This document shows, piece after piece, positions 10,160 through 20,333 of a stretch of DNA of 64,000 bases. The position numbers and the translations under genes are program-made. The DNA is from Tetramitus jugosus. Lineage: Eukaryota; Protista; Heterolobosea. A model generated the notes under the pieces. That model ran no database searches. It was not told where the DNA came from and saw nothing but the letters and a program-made list of their open reading frames with translations. Location: contig OW569352.1 of the NCBI GenBank assembly GCA_937625935.1, positions 62,001 to 126,000 of the forward strand, written 5' to 3'. Numbering within the stretch: the first letter of the stretch is position 1; every line of letters starts with the position of its first letter.

Positions 10160-10452
10160 GATTGGTTTTTGTTGAGTTTTTCGAGTTTCATGAAACAGCT
10201 CAGTCCAGCTGTGAGTATTTCACAACTCAAAAAGGTTGGTTAACAGAACTACAATGAGAAGGAGATTCCAAGGATCGATGTTGGATAGTGAAGTTGAGCA
10301 ACTATGAACAAAGAGATAGATAAGCAGGATTTGGATTTGTAATTCTTCATGTTCTTCTTCGATAGAGAGAAAAAGCAAGACTTGTAGGCTCATGTAGGTC
10401 TTTGTCGTTCTGCTTGACTGAGAGTCTACTTGCAACTGAGAGTTTGGGTATT

Positions 10453-11154
10453 TTAGCTTCCTCCTCTTGGAGATTTGTTGATTGTGTCAACGTTCAGTTG
10501 CAAGAACCTCCTGGGTCTTTTGCGAATTCCTTTGGTGTTTGTTGAAACCGAATTGGATGATGAAGAAGAGGGAATTGAGCTTTGACTCTGAGGTTGTGGT
10601 TTCCTTGGCACATAATGGAGAAACTTGAAATTTGGACATTCATTCCCATGGATTTTGAGATTTCTTTGGAATGAATATTGAGCAGTAGCTAGTCGTTGTT
10701 GATCTGGGAGAGGCATGGAAAAGAGTCGAGTCAGTGTTTGAACAGTGTCTGGACTCAGCTCCTTCTCACTCTTTGGCTCCACTTCATTGACCATGTACCA
10801 AACACTTCTCCTTCTATTGTCTTGTGACAACTGGTGGGGCCATCGACCTAGACCCATCTTGTAAAATCTCCTCTTAAGAGTTGACAAGGAGACACCCAAC
10901 TTTTGAGCAGCCAAGCGTTGTGGGCAACCAAAGTACTTTGCAATCTCAGTTCTTGTTATTTGAATCTTGTTGCGGAAGGAGGTTGGTTTGGACGGATTCA
11001 TTACACGGGACTTCGAAGTTAGTTTGTCACTTTCAGATTGAGGGGAGGGAGGAAAGAAGTAGCGGGCTTCTGAAGAGTTGATACTTGGTTCTGTGGCTTG
11101 TGGATGAGCTTCGATTTCAGTTAGTTTAGCACTAGAGTCAATGGTTACTTTCAT
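10453..11154 (-). CDS. RWP-RK domain transcription factor, paralog 1
   Basis: YFGCPQRLAAQKLGVSLSTLKRRFYKMGLGRWPHQ. Confidence 0.9.
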   Translation of the reverse strand: MKVTIDSSAKLTEIEAHPQATEPSINSSEARYFFPPSPQSESDKLTSKSRVMNPSKPTSFRNKIQITRTEIAKYFGCPQRLAAQKLGVSLSTLKRRFYKMGLGRWPHQLSQDNRRRSVWYMVNEVEPKSEKELSPDTVQTLTRLFSMPLPDQQRLATAQYSFQRNLKIHGNECPNFKFLHYVPRKPQPQSQSSIPSSSSSNSVSTNTKGIRKRPRRFLQLNVDTINKSPRGGS

Positions 11155-11596
11155 AGTTACAATGGGACTGGGCAGTGAGAAGTTTTTGCTTTCTAGACTT
11201 TCCCTTCCGGTTGCTCAATGTACCAGTTATTGGAGTTTTAATTGGTATAAAATGAACGAGTCAACATAGAGGTCCTCCAAATTGACGGAAAAGAGAAGCG
11301 AGATTAGTTCTTTTGGTCATTCATCGCGCCTCATCCCTTTTATTGCTCCTGTTATACATACGGGGAGACAAAATCTCTGTGTGAATGATTTTCAATCACT
11401 ACAGATTAGGAAAAGAACTCGATGATATTCGTTACTGGTCGGTGATACTTTCGAAGATTCATCGGGATACAACGCGCAACTTTGACAAAAAAAGAAACTT
11501 ATTGATATTTTTTCGACTGAGATCGAACATGAAAGATAATTACACGAACAATATCATTCATTGGCTACCCGTTTAGTTCAGTGATATAATTTTCCA

Positions 11597-11609
11597 ATTG
11601 GTTCGTGAC
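11597..11609 (-). promoter_or_regulatory. Conserved 13-bp upstream motif GTCACGAACCAAT (copy 1)
   Basis: Identical at 11597, 19964 and 21703, each about 440-540 bp upstream of an RWP-RK start; contains CCAAT on the coding strand. Confidence 0.55.
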
Positions 11610-12264
11610 ATGTGGTTGATCTGTGGCGAGGAATCAATAATGACAGGAGAATCAACCTCAGTTAGGAAAATGTAGCAATGGCTGATCAAAGAGATTGCTC
11701 CATTGGATTTGTGCTATTTTATTGATTTTTGGAGTTCTTCCAGTGAGAATGGAAGGTCTTGCAGCTTACTGGGGTACGAGGATCAGTCTCTAGGAGGAAT
11801 AACTGAAGGATGATATCTTAAGAGCCCGAGTCGTCAATACATTGTCTCTCGATATGTGACAGTAAATCCAGCAGCGATTCCAAACCGTTCTGTTGGCTCC
11901 TTATCTTCCGAAACCACAAATTCTCCAAAAGTTCATAATGATAGTCTAAGGAGTTGTATCAATCCAATAGAGTTGAGATGAAATCTCCTAAGGGTTGGAT
12001 TTCTCCTTAGAGGTTACCAAAACAAATATCCAAGGAGTATTAGCCAATCTACCATAGGCCTTGTAGGAGTGCAGTAGTAACGACAAAACAAGTTGCTCAG
12101 CAGAAAAGGAGCTGACAAAAGATAGAAAGAAGAGTCATTGAGATCAACTACTATCAATAAAATGTACAAAGTTGGGGAAATGTTCTCAGGCATCTCCAGA
12201 TAGATCGAATTTTCCAGTGGAAATCAACTCTTTTATGTTGGCTTCTTATTTGATAGATACATCA

Positions 12265-12834
12265 CTAGTGTGTGTCGAGTTGCAAAAATCTTCTGGGTCT
12301 CTTTTGAACTCCCTTGTGAATTGAGTTGGTTTGGTTTTCAGATTGGAGTGACCTCTCACTCGTGGGCACATAATGGAGAAACTTGAAGTTCATTTCCTTT
12401 CTATTGATGGAGTGGTTGCTTTGTGATAATGGATGTTGACCTGTAGCGAGTTGTTGTTGCTCTTGAAGACTCATGGAAAAGAGATGAGTCAATGTTTGCA
12501 CTGTTTCAGGACTGAGATGCTTCTCACTCTTTGGCTCCACTTCGTTGACCATGTGCCAAATACTTCTCCTGTTGGTTTCATGTGTCTGGTAAGGCCATCG
12601 ACCCATTCCCAACTGATAAAACCTTCTCTTGAGTGTGGACAAGGAAACTCCCAATTTTTGAGCTGCCAATCGTTGTGGGCAACCAAAATACTTGGCCATC
12701 TCTGGTTTTGAGATTTGAATGTTGTTGCGGAAGGATGCTGACTTCTTAACTCGGGGTGAACCAATCAACCTTTCCCATTCAACTTGAGAGGAATGTATCA
12801 AGCATTGGTCTGATGTAAGCTTTGGTGCTTTCAT
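12265..12834 (-). CDS. RWP-RK domain transcription factor, paralog 2
   Basis: YFGCPQRLAAQKLGVSLSTLKRRFYQLGMGRWPYQ. Confidence 0.9.
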   Translation of the reverse strand: MKAPKLTSDQCLIHSSQVEWERLIGSPRVKKSASFRNNIQISKPEMAKYFGCPQRLAAQKLGVSLSTLKRRFYQLGMGRWPYQTHETNRRSIWHMVNEVEPKSEKHLSPETVQTLTHLFSMSLQEQQQLATGQHPLSQSNHSINRKEMNFKFLHYVPTSERSLQSENQTNSIHKGVQKRPRRFLQLDTH

Positions 12835-13343
12835 AGTTTCGAGGGGACTGTATCAATGGATTTTGAATGTTTTATTGCTGGGTTCTTTGAACTTTCTCGT
12901 ATTCAGTTGTTGAAATAGGTAAAATCAACAGGTTCGTTGTGGACAATTTATAAAGGGAACTCGGGACATCTGGGTGTTGGACGGGTCAGATTACTTCTCT
13001 TTTCGAGGAAAAGTGTCAAACTTGGAGATTCCATGTTTGGTGTTATTTTGATGGTTCTTCAATTAATATAGTACAATACAGTTCAATGCTTGGTTTGTGG
13101 GGTATGTTCCACTTCCCCCCATTCTAAGCTGTGATATCATCAACAATTCGTTTTTGGTCATGCAACGATGTAATGGCTAAAATATGTCCAAATAAAGCCT
13201 TCCAATACGAATCTTTGGTTATTATGATTTGAATTTGATGACTAGTCATTGTTTGAGTGCGATTGTTTATGATTGATAGAAGAACTGGTGTCAACAAAAA
13301 AGTGGAACTTCAACAACACGAATAACAAGCAACACACGAACAA

Positions 13344-16109
13344 ATGAATGCACAAGTCAATTTTGATCCAAGTATATTGGTATTCACAAGAGTGAATGAC
13401 ATTCATTACTTCAATCTGACAAGTCTCATTAAGAACTACTGCACTAGAAGTGACAAGAAGCCGAAGAATTTCAAACCACAACAAAGTGCAGCATATAAAC
13501 CAGTTGGTATGATGATTGGCAATCATAAATACGTGGATAAAAAATGGTTACATCAATTCTTGCAGAGTGAATTGTGCTCAGTTCGTGATTCATATATAAG
13601 CTATCTTGTTTCAATTATGACCGAAAAGTTAAATGAAGATAATTTAGTGAATTCAAACAATTCAGAAGCAACTGGATCTGCTATTCCACTTGGTCATGTA
13701 GACATGAAGAAGTTATTCAATTTAAACTGTGCCAAATGTAACAATCATACTGTATCACCAACGAGCGGCAGAAGACCTTACAAATTAGTTAAAGAAATGG
13801 ATGATGCAGGTCATAAAAAACAAACAGTTACTCGTTTGATGTGCGGTGTCGTTGAACTTTTAGAGTCGAATGGCCAATAATTGGAAGCCATTCTTGAACT
13901 ATATTTTCAATATCATCCAGAAATTTTCTATAAGATCATCGATAGTTTCATCAGAGATCAAACTGGAAAGGTGTCCAAACGATCCAATAGGTATTCAACT
14001 ATCAACCAGATTTTGAAAGAAGCAAATCCACTAAGAACAGATAAGTTTTCAATTTTGTATATGAAAGACCATTATATGATCAGCGATGGTTTACTGCAGG
14101 GTGTTCGAGGTTATACTAATTTGAATGATATACCTCATGAGTCAACGCTCAAGCGAACGAGAATTAATGTGAATAATGAAATAGAGGAAAAGTATAGTGT
14201 CACAAAAATTATGGATGGACTACAGATTGAACTAGACAAAGCAATAGCTGATATGCACAAAATTCATAAAAGAGCATTGAAAGAACTGCAGCAGGTGCGT
14301 CACACTCATTCTGATAATTGTTGTACCAGTTCAAACAAGCACCAGAGACATCACATTCATTCTGCTATTTGTTGTTGTCACAGAGATTCTATGTATACTC
14401 CAGATGGTCCAAGAGAAGTGTCTATTGAAGGAAAGCTGTCATTTGATGGTGGAGCAAACGCATATACGACAATGACTTTCACGCCATTGAACCTCTCTAC
14501 TTTTGCAACTCAATCAAGAGACTCGTGTATTTGCTGCGCCTCGTATGTTGGATCAGAAACTGAGAAGGATGTGGACACCAGGTTCAAGCCTATATTCGAA
14601 CAAATTCAGAAGTGGATAGAAAATGGATTCACTCAAGATCAAGTTGAATTCAAGTTAAAGTTATTTTTAGTTAATGATCTGAAGGCTCTATCTCTTATAT
14701 CTGATGTGTTCAAGAATGGTCTGTTCTGTCCATTTTGCATGTGCAAGAAAGCTGAAAGACATTTATTTCAAAAGGATCACGCAGCTAGAATGTTGAATAT
14801 GAAATACAAAATGGATGTCGTTATTATGATCTGTATTCTACATTTGAAGATGAGAACTGTATGCAATCTTCTGTCACAAATTCTGTTGAGATCTCGTGAG
14901 GAGCAACCATTGCATGAGCAGCTGAAAGAGAACATCAGAAAGTTAAATGGATGTTCGCAGTTTGATTTTCGTGCTCGAGAGAATGATCCAGATGATGATG
15001 ACTTCGATCAGAGCAACATCAAGTTACCATATCTGAATGGCAGTCAAGTGAATGAGATTCTTCATAACTTTGAGAGTGTGCTGGATGGTATTGCAGATCC
15101 AGCGGAGCTTACAATCTGGAAAATTCATCGATATGTTATGTACAGATATGTAGAGGCATCTAGCAAAGAGATTGAAGAGTTAGACATGGAGCTTCTGCAG
15201 CAACTGCTCAAAACACTCGGAAGTCTCCTCAGATTCAGATATCCAGCGAGCAAATTTGCCTATTACTTTCATATTATGATCAAACATTTGCCGGAATTGC
15301 TGGTGCAGCATGGATCTTTGTGCAGATATTCGAATGAAGGAACAGAGAATGTCCACTCTATGCACATGAAAGCCAAGACACGAGCTACAAGTGCAGGTGG
15401 TAAAGCTGCAAAGAGTGGCGTTGCTAGAAAGACTCAGTTTGAGCAAACATTCTATCAAGGCCTCAGAAAGATATATCTACCAGCACAGCATGAACATATA
15501 AAGTGGCTGGGCAAACACTCTGAATATATGGAGCCTATAGATGATAATGGTAACAGCGATGACGAATTCGTTGATGAAACAGATGAAACTAACAGCAAAA
15601 AGAAGAAGAATGATCCACGAAAGCTCCTATTGAACAAATTGGAGAACTGGAAATTGATTGTACTACTGGATTTGCTCCAGATGGGTGATGATATAGAGGG
15701 ATATATGCAACAATATGTATCTGAACTACCACAATCAACAGAGAAGGCATATGTACCAATTGGAAACAGTACCAGCATTGATTCGTCTCAACAGAATGGC
15801 CCTATTCCAGAAATGAATAATCCATTTGTTCCACAGATGCCACCACAATTCCAGCAGCAGTATCCATTGATACAATACGGATCTCAACAGTACTCAACAC
15901 AGCAGTTCCAGCCACAACTTGCACCAGTTGTGCAAGAGCAACAACAGTTCCAGCCACAGTATCCATTGTATGTGACAACTGACAATAACTCTAATAAGAG
16001 GCAGAGAATTGATCCAGATTTGATGAGAAACACACGTGCGTATAGTGGAGCTAATGATTCTTTCCTACAGACGCTTATTGGCAACATCAATAATGCTCGA
16101 AGTGTATGA
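13344..16109 (+). pseudogene. RAG1-like/Transib-superfamily DDE transposase, ~920 codons with one in-frame TAA at 13878-13880
   Basis: GRRPYKL (NBD-like), KLSFDGG (D1), QSRDSCICC..YVGSE, VNDLK (D2), FCPFC, CILHL, LNGSQV, RFRYP..KFAYYFHIMIKHLPE..HGSL..YSNEGTE (HxxxxH and catalytic E); the two ORFs are in the same frame. Confidence 0.85.
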
Positions 16110-16163
16110 GTATATAATTACATTGCAGAAGTTGAAAAATGAATTGTTTACAATTAGTCCATA

Positions 16164-17096
16164 TTATGCAGTATCTATCCAACGATCACAAAATTTGAAT
16201 TGTGACACTTGAGAGTACTTGCATGTAACTCTATCATCTTCTTCATTAATAATTAATACAATGGATTGGTACATGGATCTCATTTCTGCACTCCAGTCAA
16301 CAACATTTCCATGATCACGAATGTGCCATCTGGATCCAAAATCAGGAAGAGTATTATTGAATCTATAATAATGCTTTGTGACATTCACTCTCACTCCATC
16401 TCTGATTGGGTGGAAAACTTTGGTTGTATGCTTACAATTGCTCTGTAGAGACATAAAATAATTGAACAGATAAAATGGACATTGACCTAGATGTAGATTG
16501 GTTCCATTCTTCGCAAAGCCAGGTTGCAATCTATTATTAAGGATCTTGGTTGCTGAACCTAGAAATTCTTGGATTCTGTGACAATCATACAATTTCTCAA
16601 ACTCACCACGAGTAATATTACATGCAGTGTTCTCTGGTTGAAAACTAATAGACTGGGTACGTGCTTGCTTCACTCTGCTCTTCAATACTTTCAAAGCACA
16701 TGACACTTCAAAATATGCAATGCTTGGATCAGAATCATCAGATTGCTCAATGTAATTATCAATCTTCTGCTCAACAGATGCCATATTAACAGGTGCAACA
16801 ATAGAAATTGGAACTGCACTTGATGCTGTATTATGGTTCATAGAATTGTTCAGGTACATGGAAGCGAAATATTGTTTGTAGTGAACTAGTTCCAGTTGGA
16901 GTTTGGTGACACTTTGGTTCAATAACTGAATCTTCTTATTTGCAATTGATAGCTTCTCTTCAAGAATCTTCGTTGTAGTACGACACACAATCTTCTGTGA
17001 TGTAGAGGAGACACGACCTCCCACACCCTTGCTCCTATGATCACCATTCAAGTTGGAAGTGTGTGCAAATGTCGTAGTGCTGTTTGATGCTGTCAT
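16164..17096 (-). CDS. Orphan protein convergent with the RAG1-like gene (coiled-coil N-terminal half)
   Basis: Long ORF (open to 17303; probable start MTASNS at 17096) inside the insertion, stop 54 bp from the transposase stop. Confidence 0.65.
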   Translation of the reverse strand: MTASNSTTTFAHTSNLNGDHRSKGVGGRVSSTSQKIVCRTTTKILEEKLSIANKKIQLLNQSVTKLQLELVHYKQYFASMYLNNSMNHNTASSAVPISIVAPVNMASVEQKIDNYIEQSDDSDPSIAYFEVSCALKVLKSRVKQARTQSISFQPENTACNITRGEFEKLYDCHRIQEFLGSATKILNNRLQPGFAKNGTNLHLGQCPFYLFNYFMSLQSNCKHTTKVFHPIRDGVRVNVTKHYYRFNNTLPDFGSRWHIRDHGNVVDWSAEMRSMYQSIVLIINEEDDRVTCKYSQVSQFKFCDRWIDTA

Positions 17097-17476
17097 TGCT
17101 TCGTTTGTGTGTTGTTTTGTTGTTGTTGCTGTTATTATGAGTCTTGCATCATCTTCATTTGTATCGTTGTTTATGGATGATTTTCGTGTTTGGAAGGCGG
17201 ATAACTTACAAAAATAGCGAAGAGAACAATTTACTCTAGTCTCATAGTCTGTGCTTTGAGTACATATGCCACTGGATTGAATTAGCCAATTACTCCAATT
17301 CATTTGTGGAAAACAGAAACCGCAGGTTTTGTGGATTTACAGCCTGCAATCACAAGCAACAAAGCGAAAGGTTCAAATCAATCACACTACGACGAGTCGG
17401 ATCTAGTCCCAAGGGAAGATTCCACAACTTTTGAGGACATGGTGTTTTTCTGTTCGCTTCTCCTTTCGTAGATCTT

Positions 17477-18088
17477 TCACTGGGTCCAGTTGCAAGAATC
17501 TTCTGGGCCTTTTTTGAATTCCTTTGTGGCAAATGAGATGAAGGAATCGAAGTATTTTGGCTTTCTTGGTGAGACGTCACTCTTTGGTACATAGAGGAGG
17601 AATTTAAAGTTGGGAGATTCATTTCCGGCGACAGGGTGACTTCTTTGTAATGGATTTGGTGTGGCCAGCCGTTGTTGCTCTTGAAGACTCATGGAAAAGA
17701 GATGAGTCAATGTTTGCACTGTTTCAGGACTGAGATACTTCTCACTCTTTGGTTCTTCTTCATTAACCAGATGTGCAAAACTTCTTTTCCTGTTTGTCTC
17801 TCGTGTCAATTGGTACGGCCATCGACCTATTCCCAAGTTGTAAAATCTTCTCTTGAGTGTGGACAAGGAAACACCCAACATTTCAGCAGCCAGACGCTGT
17901 GGACAATGAAAGAACCTTTCCATCTCTGGCTTGGTGATTTGAATTTTGTTGCGGAAGGATGTTGGTTTGGTTGGATTCATGACTCGAGATGAAGTTTTTG
18001 CGCTCTTCCCTTCAGAGGCGCATTTCGAACTTCTGTCTTCTTCTGACGTGATCCTTTCCAGAGAACCATGGGAAACATTTGCTTTCAT
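17477..18088 (-). CDS. RWP-RK domain protein, paralog 3 (C-terminal frameshift; possible pseudogene)
   Basis: FFHCPQRLAAEMLGVSLSTLKRRFYNLGIGRWPYQ; the conserved KGIQKRPRRFLQLD tail is present but in another frame. Confidence 0.85.
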   Translation of the reverse strand: MKANVSHGSLERITSEEDRSSKCASEGKSAKTSSRVMNPTKPTSFRNKIQITKPEMERFFHCPQRLAAEMLGVSLSTLKRRFYNLGIGRWPYQLTRETNRKRSFAHLVNEEEPKSEKYLSPETVQTLTHLFSMSLQEQQRLATPNPLQRSHPVAGNESPNFKFLLYVPKSDVSPRKPKYFDSFISFATKEFKKGPEDSCNWTQ

Positions 18089-18730
18089 ATTGTAGTGGGA
18101 AGTATATAAATGGAGGTTTGTATCTGTTTTGTTGAGTCTCAAACTTTGTTACTCTTACGTTTGAGCCGTTGTCGGTATAATGAATGGGCACTTGGGACAT
18201 CTCGGACTGTTCAGAAGATTACTTCTCTTTTCGAGGAAAAGTGTCTAACTTGGAGATTCCATGTTGGTCGTTTTTGAAAGTAGATTTGTGGACAAAGCGA
18301 AAGGTTCCAATCAATCACACTACGAGAAGCAACATGTGATTCCACACATCTTATCAACGTCGAGGCACCAGAAAACGATTAATGTCGAAAAACAATCAGA
18401 TTTTGCCTGTGATTTAACCAGATTCGTGCATAAGCTTGATGCTGAGCAATTCTCGCTCAATGGTGCTTCTTCCAACTTGTTGATGATCCAGCTGGTTGGA
18501 CAATTGATTATTACGATTGGATGGTAATTCATATCACTCATTTCATTTCTGTTTTTATTGGTATTTGTCGGAAAATCGGGTACGGTTGACATAGAAAAAG
18601 CCATATGAAGAGAAGACTGTCATCGAGTTGACCTTTCTGTGGTGATTTTATTCGGCAGTGAAATTTTAACTCATTTCAGAGTTTCTTCGGTGAATAGAGA
18701 AGATGAGAGCGAATTGGGTTCTCGTTCACT

Positions 18731-19498
18731 TCATATCAAAAGTGAGTCGCTTCCAGGCAATTTTTGTTTCTTTCTGATGGCTTCCCCTTTCGTAGAGCTA
18801 TTATTGGTGTTCGTACCATCGTCCAGTTCCAAGAACCTTCTGGGCCTTTTGCGAACTCCCTCTGAGTTTGCTGCCGAATTGGATGGAGGAGTGTTGCCGA
18901 GAGATCGAGGTGATGTCTCATCTCTTGGCACATAATGGAGGAATTTGATGAAGCTTGGAGACTCTTTTTCACTGATGGAGAGATTTCTCTGGGATGAATA
19001 TTGAGTGGCGAGCAACTGTTGTTCTTGGAAGGTCATGGAAAAGAGGCGAGTCAATGTTTGAACAGTGTGAGGACTGAGTTCCTTCTCACACTTTGATTCC
19101 GTTTCATTGACCATGTGCCAAACACTTCTCCTTCTGCTATCTTGAGTCAATTGATATGGCCATCGACCTATTCCCAACTGATAAAATCTCCTTTTGAGTG
19201 TGGACAAGGAAACACCCAACTTTTGAGCAGCCAGACGCTGTGGACAGTGAAAGTACTTGGTCATCTCTGCTCTTGTGATTTGAATTTTGTTGCGGAAGGA
19301 GGTTGGTTTGGTTGGATTCATCACACGAACTGACACAATTGACCGTTTCCATTCACTCTGGGAAACACGGATCAAGCAGGTATCAGTCTCATGGGATTCA
19401 ATTCTCGGTTCAATTGTTCGTTGCTTCTGGAGAGGCTTTGGAGGAAGTTGAGTGATATGGGCTACCTTAGCACTGGAGGCAATAGTGTTCTTAGTCAT
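18731..19498 (-). CDS. RWP-RK domain transcription factor, paralog 4
   Basis: YFHCPQRLAAQKLGVSLSTLKRRFYQLGIGRWPYQ. Confidence 0.9.
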   Translation of the reverse strand: MTKNTIASSAKVAHITQLPPKPLQKQRTIEPRIESHETDTCLIRVSQSEWKRSIVSVRVMNPTKPTSFRNKIQITRAEMTKYFHCPQRLAAQKLGVSLSTLKRRFYQLGIGRWPYQLTQDSRRRSVWHMVNETESKCEKELSPHTVQTLTRLFSMTFQEQQLLATQYSSQRNLSISEKESPSFIKFLHYVPRDETSPRSLGNTPPSNSAANSEGVRKRPRRFLELDDGTNTNNSSTKGEAIRKKQKLPGSDSLLI

Positions 19499-19963
19499 GA
19501 GTAGAGTACAGAAGGTGGGGTCGTTGTGTTCTTGAGAGAGCTTTGTCAGGGATTATTGATGCTTGCTTTTATAAGTCTGTGGCTAGTTGATACCAACGAA
19601 CTGCTACGACATTTAGGGCACTTCGGACATATATTTTGGACCCTTCAAAAGAGATTACTGACCTCATTTAGAGGTAGGCATCGGGTCGCTGTTCCTAGGG
19701 GAATCACTTTTAACTTGATTTAGAAGCAAGTTATTCCTACATCGGCAACGAAGATGCATATCGCGACGAGAAGAAATGTTTTGGTCTTTATTAGACAGCA
19801 TCGCGAAGGGATCAAAATTGCACTACAACAAGATAATGGTCAACGTCTGGAGTGAATTGCTACCTCTAAATACAAAACTAGGGCATATCGAACATGAAAC
19901 TGTATACGCAGGCCTTGTTGTTCACTAGGTTACCCGTTTTGTTCAAGAGCTAGCATCTGTTTG

Positions 19964-19976
19964 ATTGGTTCGTGAC
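19964..19976 (-). promoter_or_regulatory. Conserved 13-bp upstream motif GTCACGAACCAAT (copy 2)
   Basis: Identical to 11597-11609 and 21703-21715. Confidence 0.55.
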
Positions 19977-20333
19977 CGTCGCATGAAAGTTGATCAATGC
20001 GTGTTATAGTTCGAATGAAAGGTCATACAACAACCAAGATCAACTGTCTCCAACCGTCGAACCCACTTTTTTGTGAGTGTCCTCGGCAACCCAAAAGGCA
20101 AAATTGGAACATCATTGTTGAATACACCTCGAGATACAATTGTCGTATCCAACTGAAAAGCTCCGCACTCTCTCCCGTTACATGTTCTACCCGTATCCCT
20201 CACGTGTCTCAAGTGTGCTAAGGTGTGTTGTTTCAACGGTAATGATTCGAAGACGAATGGGTGATTTGATTACTATGTGTTCTTCAAAACTTATTTATTA
20301 TTGCCAAACGGGCGTTACAAAGTCAGACTCTGC

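Larger units (their letters stand above)
13052..17358. mobile_element. ~4.3-kb RAG1/Transib-like DNA transposon insertion (ends approximate, TIRs not found)
   Basis: Interrupts a block that is continuous in the paralogous upstream region 18249-18325; carries the transposase and a convergent ORF. Confidence 0.72.

Noticed and set aside
11700-12150. Possible decayed gene between RWP-RK paralogs 1 and 2
   Set aside because: The frames I examined have multiple stops and no recognisable motif
13846-13887. 42-nt GT-AG intron that would remove the in-frame stop
   Set aside because: Donor GTGTCG and acceptor GAAG do not match the GTATGT/GTAAGT donors and mostly YAG acceptors of other introns here; a nonsense mutation is simpler
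16164-17303. Calling this ORF RAG2
   Set aside because: Only the position matches; no kelch GG repeats, acidic hinge or PHD finger visible
17322-17358. Helitron-type 3' end (hairpin near terminus)
   Set aside because: No CTRR terminus and no Rep/helicase; the encoded enzyme is DDE-type
13040-17400. RSS-like heptamer/nonamer TIRs or V(D)J-like signals around the element and RWP-RK copies
   Set aside because: No matching CAC...GTG inverted pair or 5-bp TSD found by eye; CACACTAC belongs to the duplicated host motif
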